From: Vicugna vicugna
Lineage: Eukaryota
NCBI GenBank assembly: GCA_013265495.1
Contig: MU057987.1
Location: 1-64,000 of the forward strand
DNA length: 64,000 nucleotides
Direction: 5' to 3'
A program made the position numbers and the translations under genes. Position 1 is the first letter of the stretch, and each line of letters begins with the position of its first letter. Below, one piece after another: positions 12,673-26,879 of this stretch. Below the pieces are notes generated by a model. The model saw only the letters and a program-made list of their open reading frames with translations. It searched no databases and was not told where the DNA came from.

Positions 12673-15210
12673 AAATAACACACTCCTGAACAACCGATGG
12701 ATCAAAGAAGAAATCAAAAGGGAAATAAAAAAATATCTTAAGACAAACGAAAATGGAAACAAAACATACTAAAACTTATGGATGCTGCAAAAGCACTTCT
12801 AAGAGGGACGTTCATAGGGGTAAACACCTACATTTAAAAAAAGAAAGATATCAAATAAATAACCTAACTTTACATCTTAAGGAACCACGAAAGAGAAGAA
12901 AAAACTAAGCCCAAAGCTGGCAGAAGAATGGAAATAATAAACATTAGACAGAAATAAAGAACAGGAAAAGCAACGGAAAAGATTAACAAAACTAAGAGTT
13001 GGTTCTTTCAAATGATGTTGACAAACCTTTAGCTAGACTAACCCAGAAAAAGAGAGAGGGCTCAAATAAAATTACAAACCAAAGAGAAGAGATTACAACT
13101 GATACCACAGAAATGCAAAGGATTCTAAGAGACTACTATGAACAATTACATGCCAACAAATTGGACAACCTGAGAGGAAATGGATAAATTCCTTGACACA
13201 TACAACTACCAAGACTGAATAAAGGAGTTATAGAAAAACTGAACAGATCAATAACAAGTAAAGAGATTGAACCAATAATCAAAAACCTTCCAACAAGGAA
13301 AATCCTAGGACGACATGATTGCACTGGTGATTTTTATCAAACTTTTAAAGAAGAATTAATACAAGTCCTTCTCAAAGTCTTCCAAAAAACTGAAGAAAGA
13401 ACACTCCCAAACTCATTTTATGAGGCCAGTATTACCCTAATATCAAAGCCAGATAAAGGCACTGCAAGAAAACTACAGACCAATATTTCTCATGAAGATA
13501 GATGCAAAAATTCTCAACACAATATTAGCAAACTGAATCCAGTATCACATTAAAAGGATCAGACACTAGGATCAAGTGGGATTCAGCCCTGCAATGCAAC
13601 ACTGGTTCAACATGTGCAAAACAATATACATGATACATCAAATTAACAAAATGAAGGATAAAAATCATATAATCATCTCAACAGATGGAGAAAAATTCAA
13701 CATCTGACAAAATTCAATATCATTTCATGTTAAAAACTCTTAAAGTGCATTATAGAGGGAACTTAACTTCTATGTAACAGAGACCATATATGACAGGCCC
13801 ACAGCTAACATCATACTCAACAATGAAAGGCTGAGAGCTTTTCTCTAAGGGCAAGGACAAGAAAGGGTCCGTACGCTCACCATTCTTATAACGTTGTACT
13901 GGAAATCCTAGCCAAAGCAATCAGGAAAAGAAAGAAAGAAAGAAAGACATACAAGGCATCCAAACTGGAAAGAAAGAAGCAAAATTGTCTCTGTGTGTAG
14001 AAGACATGATCTTACACACAGAAAGTCCTATAGACGCCACCAAAATACTATTAGGCCTAGTAAATAAATTCAGCAAAGTTGCAGGATACAAAAATTGATA
14101 TATAAAATCAGTCGTGTTTCTATACACTAACAAAAATTTATCTGAAAGAGAATTAGAGAAAATAATCTTATTTATAATAACATCAAAATAATAATATATT
14201 AAGGAATAAGAAGTGAAAGATCTGTACGCATTATACTATAAGACATTGATAACAGATATTGGAGAAGACACAAATACATAAGGTATATCAAAAGGTGCTT
14301 AGCATCACTAATCATCTGGGAAATGCACTTAAAAACCACAATGAAATATCACCTAACTCCTTCTAGAATGATTGTCATCAAAAAGATGAGTTAATAAGCA
14401 TTTGTGACGGTGTGGATAAAAGGGAAGCCTTGTGCACTGCTGGAATTTAAGTTGGTTCCACCATTATAGAAAACATTATGGAGGTTCATCAAAAATTTTA
14501 AAATAGAACTACCATATATTCTACTAGTTCTACTTCTGGTTATATATCCAAAAGAAATAAGATCAGTATCTTGAAGATATATCTGCACTCTGATGTTTAT
14601 TTCAGCATTACTCACAATAGCCAAGGTATGGACACAACTTAAGTGTCCATTGACAGGTGAATGGATACAGAAATTGTTTTATACATATATATAAAATGCA
14701 ACATTATCCAGTCATAAACAGAAGAAAATCCTTCCATTTGGAACAACGTGGGTGGACCTTGAGGAAGTGAGATAAGTCAGACAGAAAAGGACAAACACCA
14801 TATGATCTCACTTACGTGTGGAATCTAAAATAACTGAATTCAGAGAAAGAGAGAGTAGACTGGCTACCAAGGGTGGGAGGAGAGATGGATGGTGGTGGCC
14901 AAAAGTTACAAACTTCCAATTTTAAGATAAGTAAGTTCTGCGTGTGTCCTGTATAACACAGTGATATGTTAACAATACTGTGTTGTATATTTCAAAGTTG
15001 CTAAGAGAGTAAATCTTCAAAGTTCTCATCACAAACAAAAACTGTAACTACTTTGAGGTGATAGATGTGTTCACTAATCCTATTGTGGTAATCACTTCCG
15101 TATATACTTCTATCAAATCATTTCACTGTACACCTTAAACTTACACAATATTACATGTCAATTATATCTCAATAAAGCTGGAATAAAAAGAAAAGCAAAA
15201 GAAAAGAAAT
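12673..15210 (+). mobile_element. 5'-truncated L1 (L1MA-type): ORF2 linker/RT region, internal deletion near 14280, C-terminus, 3'UTR and A-tail
   Basis: ORF 12999..13187 (DKPLARLT...ITTDTTEMQRILRDYYEQLHANKLDNL) is L1 ORF2; many stops and frameshifts; aataaagctggaataaaaag tail. Confidence 0.95.
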
Positions 15211-15717
15211 CATGAACTACAGTGTGGCATTTATGTAACGGATAATGTCCTTCAATGCTGCACGTCAATACATTTTTGCAGAAGTGAGTCTTCTCAACTT
15301 AATGGCTGTTTAACTAATGGCTGTTTTATTGGAAACTCTAATACATTAGAAAGCCTTGAATCTGGAAAAAAGTAAATCATATTCCTGTGTACAATATGCA
15401 TAAATATATGCATATACACAGAGAGCTGGGTATAAATACGTCATTTTACTTACACAGGAAAATGACTCAGATGCTCTGAGTGTAAACAAATCAAGGAGCT
15501 AAGTACATTAAATACTCTGGAAAATTACACTATCATGTTTGGGCAACTAACTTTAATTTGTGTGCAGAATTAGGATTCACTGCTTGACTTTGGAAAATTT
15601 AAGCAAAAAAAAAAAAATCCAGGAAAAAACACCTGCCTTGTACTCGTCAGTCCAAGTGGAGGAGTACAGCTTTTTTTAATCAGTAAGCTAATCATTTCCA
15701 AGAACTCTTCAATCTTC

Positions 15718-16144
15718 TGCATTAATTTCCTAGGGCTTCCATAGTAAATACCACAACCGGGTAGCTTAAAACAACAGAAATTTATTCTTACGGTTCTGAA
15801 GACTAGAAGTATGAAGTCAAATCGGTGGGCCACGCTCTCTCTAAGGCTCTAGCGAAGAACCCTCAACGCCATTTTCTAGCTCCTGCTGAGTGCCAGCAAC
15901 TCATGGCATTCCTTGGTTTATAGACGCATCACTCCAATCTGTTTCTATCTTCAAAATACCTTACGTGTCTGTGTGTCTCCAAATCGCTTACAAAAACACT
16001 AGTCTTTGGATTTAGGACCCACCCTAAACCACAAAGCCCTCATCTTAACTCATTACATTTGCAAAGATCTTATTTCCAAATAAGGTCACATTCTGAGGTT
16101 CTGGGTACACAGGGATTTGGGGAGGTGACTATCCAACCAGAATA
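15718..16144 (-). mobile_element. MaLR solo LTR (MLT1 family)
   Basis: ttaatttcctagggct...cttaaaacaacagaaatttattct...atttccaaataaggtcacattctgaggttctggg. Confidence 0.85.
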
Positions 16145-19100
16145 AGTCCCCATCCTGTTTGGGGCATGTTCAAACTTAGTTTCCCACTTTTTCACCCCAT
16201 ACAATGAACACTTTAACTGATGAAGCAGGTCGTGGGTAGCATTTCACTCTGGAGCGGCCCCCACAGGATGGACCTCAGTAGTGATGTGGTGCTGAGTGTC
16301 AGTCTTTGCCTCTCAAGACACACTCACTTCAGCTAAGAATCAATTTATTTTGGAAACTGGAATGCAGCATTTCCCCAACTTTGTACTTATCGAGAGATGC
16401 TTTCATTTTGTTTCTTCTTGGGCCCCCGTTTTAAAAAATATTTTGTCTATCAAAGAAATTGTAATTATTACGTCATTAATTCAATTTCTCATGAAATTAA
16501 TTAGAGACCATTTAATAGAATTCCTTATAAACCAGGAAAGTTGACATTTAGCCTATGTAGATTTGCCATAAAATCATGGATACGTTCATGCTTTCAGTTA
16601 GGCATTTTGAAATTCTGGAGATAATCAACATGCCATTATGGCTACATCTGTTCACTTCCAAGGTATGAATCACTGTTTGAAGGATTAGTGATGAACACGG
16701 AAGACGTGTGAAAATGTCTTAAATTTTCCATCTACTTTAAATGGAAGGAATTAACTGAAATACAATTCACTTCTTATCATCTGATCTTAATGAATATTAC
16801 ATAGTTAAGGATTACTGCGAAGTAACAACATGTTAGATAGAAATTAGATGTGGAAAAGCTTTACTTTTCTACAGATTTGAGATGAGAAGATGGGAGGGGT
16901 GAATGGAGGAAGGGTGCATGGAGCTCAAAAAGCCACTGAAAAAATGTAATAACAAAGAATTATAAAATATTACCTCTTTAATAAAACAAGAGGATAGATA
17001 GTTCATAGTTTACATTTGTCTAGACATTTTGATTTAGAATAGATGTATTCTCTCTACAGTTTTTGACAATGTCAACGTGCTCCGTGTAAAAGGCAGGTAT
17101 TATTTACCGTAATTTCATAGATGGGAAGACTGAAGCTTTCCGGGGTGCAGACTCTCACCCCTCTGCCGGCCGAAGAGTACCCGGCAGAACTGAAATTCCA
17201 GCCAGTATCGTGAGAATCCATATAGTTCTGTTCCTTCCTTAGCCAGTTACCTCTTGGCTCTTAGCAATTCCTAACGCATTGTCCAGCACACTTTGAACAA
17301 TGCTGCAGGGTCAAATTGGAGCACAGGGCTAAAATTCAGAAAAATCTAGGTTTCCATTTCAGTGGCTGTCTCCTGACCTTTGACACCTATAAACCGATGC
17401 AATAATATTTTCCCTACTTCTCTTGAGGGTTGAGAGAAGGAAGCAGACACAGAAACAGGAAACAAGGAGAAGACACCTTGTGGGTGGGAAAAGAAGACAG
17501 TGGGTGAACGGGAGTGACGACTTTGAGATTCCCGAAAGGAACAGCTTGTGATTGCGTTTCCTGAGAGTGTCCTGGTTCCCTTAACAATCAACCCACCCTT
17601 TTTAACTTTGGTTAAATAGCTTTTGTTGGTTTTTTGTTTCATACGCTCAACATATCCAGCTCCAAAGACACCAAAGTTTCTCGTCTAGCAGGGAAGACTG
17701 ACATAAAACAAGGAATTTTTCCAAAGCATAGTAAGAGTAGGGGAGGCACCCCAAAAGAATCCTGTGTTAAGATGCTGTTGTTCATTTGTCTTTCAGCACA
17801 ATTTACTTCCAGATCCACTCAGAATCAGTATTCAACAGGCGTCCTGAACTGTGTGAGCAGGGGCTTCCTGTGAGGTCAAGGTGCTTGGAAGAGAAGGGCA
17901 TGAGACAGAAGGCTCGTTTTAATTCCTTCCCAATTCAGCAGAGTTGGAAGCGACTGGTTGCCCCTCTCCCCAAGCCTCCAGTGTCCTCTCTTGTTTACTC
18001 CCTTTGTACATGAAGTCTTGCCATAGGCTTTCACTTGGAAGATATTTAGGAGAGTTAAAAATAAATCCTTCCCTTTCAAGTTTTTCAAACCTCTTTTAGT
18101 TTAAAAGGAAGGAAGCAGGGCTGGTATACACCACACTAGCGTAAAGGTGAAACGCACTTAAAATATAACATGATAGTTTTTATCACCAGGCATGTCGTCA
18201 AAATGCTCTTGCCCTGGAATTTAGATGTGATGAAGCACTGTGGATGGATGAAACCCATCTGCACAAAGGGCAATGGACTGAATGGTTTTGAATCAAGGCT
18301 CTCTTGCCAACAATAAAAAAATGACATTTTTACGTGAGGCATAAAACAACTAACAAATGAAGCTGTAATCATGGGATTATTAGCAAATAAACTTCTCTGG
18401 ACTTACAGAGCCATGGATCTGTTGGGAAACATTCACGTGGTAAAGTAAAAAAAAAGTTCTATGAATTTATATAAAATTCCGTATCGCGATGAATGATTTA
18501 TTACAACTTTATTTGTATTAACCCAGATGGTGCGCAATTTGGATATGTAACCCTGCACATGAGAAATGCTTTATAAATGCCACACATCTCTGTGAGGCGG
18601 CAGTGACTGCGTGCCAGGGGGACAGCGACTCCAGAAGGTCCCCGCCAGCACGAATAAAGAAGGAAATGGAATCTTACTTGCTGGAGTAAAGAAACCACAC
18701 TGTAAACAATAACAACAATCAAGCAATCAGAGAAGCAATTAAGGAGGAAGGATTCATTCTAAACAGCCGACCTATAAAACGTGACCATTACATCTCGCCC
18801 AGGCAAAAAGAAACTTTGAAACGATCATCCTCAAAGTTTCTGCTTTAAAAGCCTCTTTATAACCAGTTGTCTTTCAATTATTTATTACCAAAAAATACCA
18901 GAGCGATTTAATTTCTTTGTTGGTATCTTAACTGACTTTCAACTTTGGTGCTGGAGAAACTATTCTGGGCTATTCAGTTTTGAATTCTTACCCGTAAAGC
19001 TACAGATGTTGAATGAAAGGACCCATTTCCTAGGTCCTTTATGTTTTTTTTAAAGAACTATGCCTAGAGCCTTAAGGTGCCTGTGGACTCCTGTGAATGA

Positions 19101-19859
19101 AGCTGTTAAAGACTCAAGTAAAGCACATTTTGGTTACACACTATTGTCTTGCACAGCAAAAGACCGCTTTGCACACATGAGCCATTATCTGCTACCCCAG
19201 TGGATTGTGTTACCACCCATGACCTTTCTAATCCATTTAAGCAATGCTAAGGCTTTTCAAAACTTCTCATGTACTTCCACAAGCAACTCAAAAGATGTAG
19301 GAACCAGGCACTAAACTCCCTTCCTGAAAGAAAACGTTTCTAATTTTTTCCTTAAGGATAATGATTTGAAAAATATCAGATGTTAGACCACAGAAATAAC
19401 TTTTATTTTGGAGGGCTATTTCGTTGATAGGGACTTCAAGTAAGGTCTAACATGCAAAATAACACAACTCGTAAAGTTGTGTTACATAATTCAGTAAGTC
19501 TATAATTAAGAAATCCTTTATGTTTTTAAGCTTGATGTTTGACATATTCAAAGCTGTGGTAACCTACGGAAAAGCATATACTACGTCATAACTATTCATA
19601 TGATGTCTACATATATGATGTTTACAGAGAATCATAAAGTGGAAATAAGTACATCTAAGGGTATAGTTACACATGTTCACTAACAGAGAGACATATGTAG
19701 GGAACAATGCTGAATCCTGAAATCTAATCTAACTCTTGCTTTGTACTTAGAGAACGCTCTGGATAACTTCTCTCAGTTTACCTCTGCCAGACCCAGCCCC
19801 AGCTAGCATGGTGCCTACATGTCAGGTAACAGGCAGTGGGAAGGGGTTCTTCAGAATTA

Positions 19860-20270
19860 TGGGTATTTCCCCCTGTTCCTGCTCAAACCATATACAGGTT
19901 TTGTGTGAGTATGTTTTCACTTCTCTTGAGCTAATACTTGTGGGGCAGGGTGCTGAGTCATGGCAATTGTATAATTAAGCTTATTAGAAACTGACAAGTC
20001 TGCTTTCCAAAGCTGAACCATTTTTCATTCCTACCAGCAATGCCTAAGTGCTACAATTTGTTGCTCTTTTAAAAAAAAAAACTTCTTTAGGCCATTCGGG
20101 TTTACTTGCCATTCCACACATGCTGTAGAACAGACTTGCTGAGATATACAAAATAATCTTCAGGGATTTTCAGTGGGATTGAATTAACTCTGTACATCGA
20201 TTGAGACAGGATTGATATTGATAATAATATTGCTATTGAATTTTTCATTCCATGGACACAGTACGTATCT
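19860..20270 (-). mobile_element. Old L1 fragments (antisense)
   Basis: tacaggttttgtgtgagtatgttttcacttctcttg; ccattttt cattcctaccagcaatg; gggattttcagtgggattg. Confidence 0.55.
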
Positions 20271-20458
20271 TTGAAACTCTAGGTTAAGAATGCCTCCGAG
20301 AAGTAAAAAGAACACAGGGAAAAGGAACTTTTCATTAGACATTTATTGCCCTACAAGTATTTGAAATTAATTGGCTGGAGTTGCTAGTTCCACATCTGAT
20401 TTGAAAATCAGTAAGGACACCATCAAAACGTCTAAATCACTAGGGTTTTGTGGCATTA

Positions 20459-20695
20459 AGTAAAACACTAAGAGACCTATAAAAACTCCTTGAACTAATT
20501 AATGAGTTTAGAAAGGTCACAGGACATAAGTAAACACACAACAATCAATCATATTTCTACACACTAGTAATAAACAGTTGGAATGTAAATTTAACAGACT
20601 GTACTGCACACAGGAGCACCAACCTTTGAAATGCTTACCTATGTATCACAAACTATGTACAGAAATTACACTAAAAACAAAAAAAACTCTGATGA
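20459..20695 (+). mobile_element. Old L1 ORF2 fragment
   Basis: aaaactccttgaactaattaatgagtttagaaaggtcacaggacataag (KLLELINEF.KV.G.K). Confidence 0.65.
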
Positions 20696-20849
20696 CGATG
20701 TAGACCAGCTCCACAATTTGTTGAATTTGCACTGAGTCTTTATTTAAATGAGGGACATTATATTTCTATGACATTAATCAGACTTATTTGCGAAAGTCAC
20801 TTAAAATTAAATCCTTTGACACTGATACTAGGAAGAGAAAAGGCAGGGG

Positions 20850-21290
20850 CACATGGAAATAAATGGACTGTTGAATGAGGACAAACAAACGCTATTTATT
20901 CTGAACTTGTTATAGCAAAGGAGTCACCACGATCACTTGAATTTGGCAGAGAGAGAAGTAGTGAAGTCTTACAGTGAAAACAGGGAAGGCTTTAGGTATG
21001 TTCCGATTGGAGGCTGTTGACCTGGGGAAGCTGGAGGCTGGGCTTACTTGAAACAGAGCGTCCTATGTGACTGGTTTGGGGAGCATCCTTGGCTTTCTCT
21101 TGTTGGTGCTGAGTCAGAAGCAAGGGCAAGAAAAACAGGGAAGCTAGTAGTCATTGCCTACATCCTGACTGCTGTGGGCCCACTGCTGAGAGATTGTTGT
21201 TTGGTTTCCTGGTCTGGTCACTGGAGAGGTTGTGAGTTATTGTTCTATTGTTATATATGGTCTAGCCGTTGTCCATGTGTACATTCAACT
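20850..21290 (-). mobile_element. ERV1-class solo LTR (family uncertain)
   Basis: Antisense polyA signal (tttatt at ~20895), antisense CCAAT (gattgg), and LTR-like gggaaggctttagg...tttggggagcatccttggctttctc. Confidence 0.5.
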
Positions 21291-22829
21291 TCTGGGAAGG
21301 CATTCTGGGGAGAAGACACTGGAAATACTCTAGCCATATGAATAATTCCCAGCCAGCTAAAGGTGCAGGGAAAGAATCGTCAATGCATAAGGTACAGCAT
21401 GTGCAGAAACAGAGACTCCCGTCTATGTCTTGAAGGACTGTAAGCCCCACACACTATACAAATGGTGCAGTGGTGACATTGCATAGTATATGCATTATAC
21501 AATTTTAACCAAATCTGTATTTTATTAGTATAAAGCACCCGTATTTCCACATTTTTCTCTGTATTTTCCTTATTCTGAGATTGAGATTGCTGCCAGGCAC
21601 GTCTCCATCCTATCTTTATCCCCTCCACACATGGTTGATACTCTTACATGCTAACAATACTGTCATTCATTTGCATTCATATAAATCTTCGCTCCGCTCC
21701 CCACACCAGGGCTATTTTGTCCACACAAAGCTAGCTCAACTGTCAAATTCTGAAAGACCCATCAAATGCTCATCATGTTCTCTGTAGCTTTCCTTTCTGG
21801 AATTAGGCGGACAATAATCAGTTCCATTGTACATCATCAAAAGCAAAATTTAATACCAAATTATGTGCCATTCTCTACAACGAGGGGCGGTTATGAAAAA
21901 TGCTGGTTGGAAGAATTAGTTATGGTGAAAGGGTAGAATGCTCATCATTTGGAGTGTTTCACAGTTGCATTGCTTTTTTGCTACAGCTTTTGAGCCTTTT
22001 CCACTTTGATTTCTTCCCATGGCTGGTTAACCTTTAACTTTTGAACCCCCTGTGACTCTTAAATTTTTTGCAGATTCTACTGATCTATTTAAAGTATGGG
22101 ATAAGTAAATCAATAAAATGGCTTTCATCTTAAAGAGCAGAGAAAATTATGTCCCACCATTACATGAAATTTGAAAGGTACTTTTTTTTTTTTAACAAAA
22201 CCCGTGTCACCCAAAGAGAGCAGTATCTTCTATCTCTTCTAGTCCAGTTTACTTTGGCTCAGAGATAAATGGATAACTGAGATATTATGCCTTTTAAACT
22301 TCTTGTTGTGACTATTAAAACAACAGCAGCATAAACTTTCATCAGGCCAAGACAACTGACATTACTCACACTGTAATTATTTGCTTATGTATCTGTGTCA
22401 TAATTCTATTCTAAAGGACAAGCATGTCTTGTGTTCATTGCTGTGTGCCCAGAATCCAGGACAGGGTACAGAAAAGACAATGAATAAATGCTTGCGGCAT
22501 AAATGAGTAAGCTAAAGCTGTTTTCCTCACCGTTGGATCCCAACACCCACTCCTTTCTTTTATTCAGTCATTACTTGTGCTTTATTTAGTCCACTGTCTT
22601 TTTCCAAATAGTCTCTTCTTCTTCCAAATGCTGTCTCTTTTATTCAGACTCTCAATGCTTTGTTCCTGTGCTAATCAACAATCTTCCATCCAGCTTCTCA
22701 GTACCTCCCCACATGAGGGTACCCTCTACACTGTCCCAATTCTCTCACTCTGATGGAAACGTGACCTTGTCATCCCCAGCCTTAAAACTTTTCAAAATTT
22801 CCCCATGGCCCAAACGGTGAACGTGCTTA

Positions 22830-23403
22830 TCAGTGGATAAATGCATAAAAAAAAATGTGATACACACACACATGAACCCCCACCACCATCAAAAAAACAG
22901 TGTTATTCAGCATTAAAAAGTAGGAAATCCTGCCATTTGTGACAACATGGATAAACCTGGAAGGCATTATTCTCAGTAAATTAACTGGACAGAGAAAGAC
23001 AAATACTGCATGGTATCACTTATATGTGGGAAAAAAAGCTGAATTCATAGAAACAGAGTTGAATGGTGGTTGCCAGGAGCTGGGGGGGGGTGGGAAAAAT
23101 TGAAAGAGGTTGCTCAGAGGGTACACACTTCCAGTTATAAGATCAGTAAGGTCTGAGGTCACAATGTATAACATGGTGACTACAGTTGATAATACTGTAC
23201 TGTATAATTAAAATTTTCTAAGAGAGTAGAACTTAACTGCTCTTATCAAAAAAGAAAAAAAGGGAAATATATGAGGTGATGGATGTATTAGTTAACGGGA
23301 TTGTGTAAATCCTTTCATAATGTATATGTATATTAAATCACATCTTATACTTTAAATACATTACAGTTTTGTCAATTATATCTAAATAAAACTAAAAAAA
23401 GAA
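22830..23403 (+). mobile_element. L1 3' end (L1MA-type)
   Basis: gaaatcctgccatttgtgacaacatggataaacctgg...agagaaagacaaatactgc...ttataagatcagtaag...aataaa and A-tail. Confidence 0.85.
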
Positions 23404-25440
23404 AACATGATTCAACTATACACTGTCTGTAAGAAATTTACTTCAAGTATAACCATTCAGGCAGAGTGAAAGTAAAAGGATGAAAAAGATATACCATGCA
23501 AACTTCAATCAAAAGAAACTAGAAGTGGCTTTACCAATTAAAAAAAGAAGGAGACTTCAGAGGAAAGTGAATTACCAGAGAAACAAAAGGACATAACATA
23601 ATGATAAAGGATCAATCCATCAAGAAGACATGCAATCTAAATGTATGTGCACCAAACAACAGAGCCACAAAATACGTGAGGCAAAAATTGATAGAACCGA
23701 AAGGCACAATTGACAAATCCACAATTACAGTTGGAGACTTTAATTTCTCTCTCTCAACTTTGATAGAAAAAAAGACGGACAAAATCAGCAAGAATATAAA
23801 AGAACTCAACACCACCATCAACCTACAGTATCTACTTGGCATGTGTAGAATATTTCACCCAAGAATAGTAGACTGCACGTCCTCGTCAGTCATCCACGGA
23901 ACACGTGCCAATGGAGACCACATCCTGAATCATAAGCAACCTGAACAAACTTAAAATAACTGAAATCATATGGCACATTCTGCAATCACGGTAGAACCAA
24001 ACTAGAAATCAGTAAGAGAAAGATAACAAGAATATTTCCAAACACTTAAAAACAAGACAGTGCACATCAAGAATCCATGGGTCAAAGAGGAAGTCGCAAG
24101 AGAAGGTGAAAAATACATTAGGTAGAATAAAGATGAAAATACAACATATCAAAATGTGTAGGACACAGCAAAAGCAGTGCTGAGAAGGAAATTTACAGCA
24201 AAAATCTACCTAGGAGAACGAAAAGAAGGAAATTCTCAAATAAATAATTCAAGCTCCTACTTCAAGAACCTAAAAAAAGTGCAAAACAAACTAAAAAAAA
24301 GGGCAGAGGGAAGGAGATAAAGATAACATTAGAAATCAATGAACTTAAAAATAAAAACTATAAAACCAACAATGATGCAAAGAGCTGATTCTTTGAAAAG
24401 ATTCCTAAAATATTGACAAAACATCTAGCAAGACTGACAAAGACAAATGAGAGAAGGCACAAATTAATAATATCAAGGAGGAAGCAGGAGATACCACTAG
24501 AGACTTTGTAGACATCAAAAGAATAATAAAGAAATGTTATTATAAAAATTAAGAAACAGAAACCTCAGTTAAACAGAGTGGGGAGACCAGACGGGGGAGC
24601 TCTCATGACCTGCAACCACAGCAGAGTCCAACAGGAGGAATAAAATCTCCTCTTCTTTCCTGGCAAGGACTCAGCCAATGAAGTCATGGACTTTTTTTTT
24701 TTTTTACGATAGCCTTTGGACTTCCTTTTCCTCTCTATGACAGTGTTTTCCTTTGTCTGTGCAGGAACTTGCATGTGGCTTGCCATGGTTGCAGACTCTG
24801 AATTTTGCAATTCTCTAATGACTGAATAAATCCATCTTTGCTGGAGAGATATCTATCTGGCAGTTTATTTATTTCAGGTCAACACTAAGGAGAACTGTAC
24901 TAGCATAAATTTCACAATGTAGATGAAATGGACCAATTCCTCAAAACACACAAACTACCACAACTCATCCAATAAGAAGCAAATTATATAAATAGCCTTA
25001 TACTACTAAGGAAATTGAATTATTTTAAAACTCCCCCAAAATAAATCTCCAGGCTCAGAAGGTTTCAGTGGAGAATTCTACCACAGAAGAATTAACACAA
25101 TTCTATCCTTTCCAGGAAGTAGAAGAGGGGAGATGCTTTTCAATTCATTTTAGGAAGCTAGTGTTAATCTGACACCAAAACCAGAAAAAACAGTACCATA
25201 AATGCATAAATAAATATGAAGAAAACTAAAGGCCAATATCCCCCATGAATATAGGCACAGAAACAGAATTCAGCAATACTAGAAAAGAACTATGTACCAC
25301 GATCAAGTGGGGGTTATTTTGGGGCTTGCTCAGTATTTGAAAAATTTAATATAATCCACTATTAATGGACTAAAAAAGAGAAATCACATGATGATATAAA
25401 AAACTCACATGGAAAAAGCACTTGACAAATTCAACATGCT
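23404..25440 (+). mobile_element. Old L1 ORF2 5' part (APE endonuclease and linker), interrupted by an LTR
   Basis: ORF 23601..23954 has the L1 EN motifs LNVCAPNNRA and TITVGDFN; L1 homology continues on both sides of 24535-24884. Confidence 0.9.
24535..24884 (+). mobile_element. ERV solo LTR inserted in L1 ORF2
   Basis: TGTT...AACA termini, CCAAT (~24675), AATAAA (24825); flanking L1 sequence is contiguous if it is removed. Confidence 0.75.
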
Positions 25441-26805
25441 TTAGGCTATTGTAAGGATTAAACGAGTGGTTATGTAACAATTATTGCCAGAACAGTGTCT
25501 ACCCTAAAATTAATACTCAATGAACGTTGGTCATTGTTGCTTTTATCCATCTCCCAGAATAAGTGTTTCCAGGGAAACATTCTCATTTTCAAGGACTACA
25601 GTCAGCTGGGGTTTCTCATCAGCTCCTCTCCTGAAGCAATTCTGGGCCCAGGGGAGCTTCAGGGTCATATCCTTTAGCCAAAATGGGGTCATCTTAGAAT
25701 GTGTCCCTATCTGGAATGGAGTGAAAGGATGGTTCCAGAGCAGAGGGTTCCTTTCCCCTTTACACGGGTTTGATCCAGAAAGTTGAATTATTCTGTGAAG
25801 GGCTGTAGATGTCAAGGAATGAGTACCACTGTGCCAAGCAAGGTCGCAGTATTACCACATGCCTACAGGGCATTTGTTGTTAACTGTGTCTTCCAGCAGT
25901 GCCCAAAGCTACAGGCATAGGAGCCGGGAAGAAGTCCTGTTTCTCTTTCGACATTTAATCCAAAATCAAATCTGCTAACAGTTAACAAATAGAAATATAA
26001 TTTGAAAGCCGTGGCAAGGCTGAGATCCAATACTGTGCTGCAAAGATGGTGTATGTTAGAAAATTTCAAATACAAAGATAATTCAGTTAAATGACAACCT
26101 CGTTCCTGCCTCTTAAGATTTTCCTGACCCATATTGGAAACTTAACAGTTTTTCATGAAACACAAGGCTCTATTTTGAATAAGTTCATCACTTGGACTAT
26201 CCCGAGTTAAGAGTGAGAGAAACCTAAAAAGAATGAGCTAGCTCTTTTTTTACAACCGGGATCCTTGTCACTGGGAAATTTACCCTCCCAATGTGCTGCT
26301 TCTTCCTGAGAGCCTTGGCTTGGTTTTCTATCATCTCAAGCAAGACGTGTATTTTGTGGAACTGTGACATTTTGTCAATTAGATCTGGAGAGATCAAGAT
26401 TAAATATTATTGTCTGATAAAGATTAGTATCCCACGTGCATTATTCATGATAGAGTCTCTTTTCCAAACATGATGGCAAAGCTTAAGCTCAACGTTAAAA
26501 AAAAAGAAAAAGGACTATAATACAAACATCAAAAACAGATCATTATCTGAATTCACCAGTTGTTATTTCCTCTTTTTTTTGGACTAATCTGCACCCAGAG
26601 AGGAGGGAAGAAAAAGAGGAAAGGTTAAGTGATAGATGAGAATATATTTATAAGTTTATATTTTTCTTTAATTAGGATACGTTTATTTTTCAGATTGAAA
26701 AATGACTCCTTGATGAAATTTGGGAAGTAAATAACTGTAAAGAATAAAATAAAAATCAGTTTTAGTTTTTTGATCCAGAGAGATCTGTTGTTGGCATGTT
26801 AGTCG

Positions 26806-26811
<6 letters not shown>

Positions 26812-26845
<34 letters not shown>
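26812..26845. repeat. (CA)17 microsatellite
   Basis: Read directly. Confidence 0.98.
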
Positions 26846-26850
<5 letters not shown>

Positions 26851-26879
26851 GGTATCCTGATTAGTTCATGCATTGTTAT

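Noticed and set aside
19016..19040. 8-bp hairpin AAAGGACC/GGTCCTTT
   Set aside because: Length expected by chance
23601..23954. 117-aa ORF with endonuclease motifs as a possible domesticated gene
   Set aside because: Frameshifted fragment within a decayed L1; no sign of preservation
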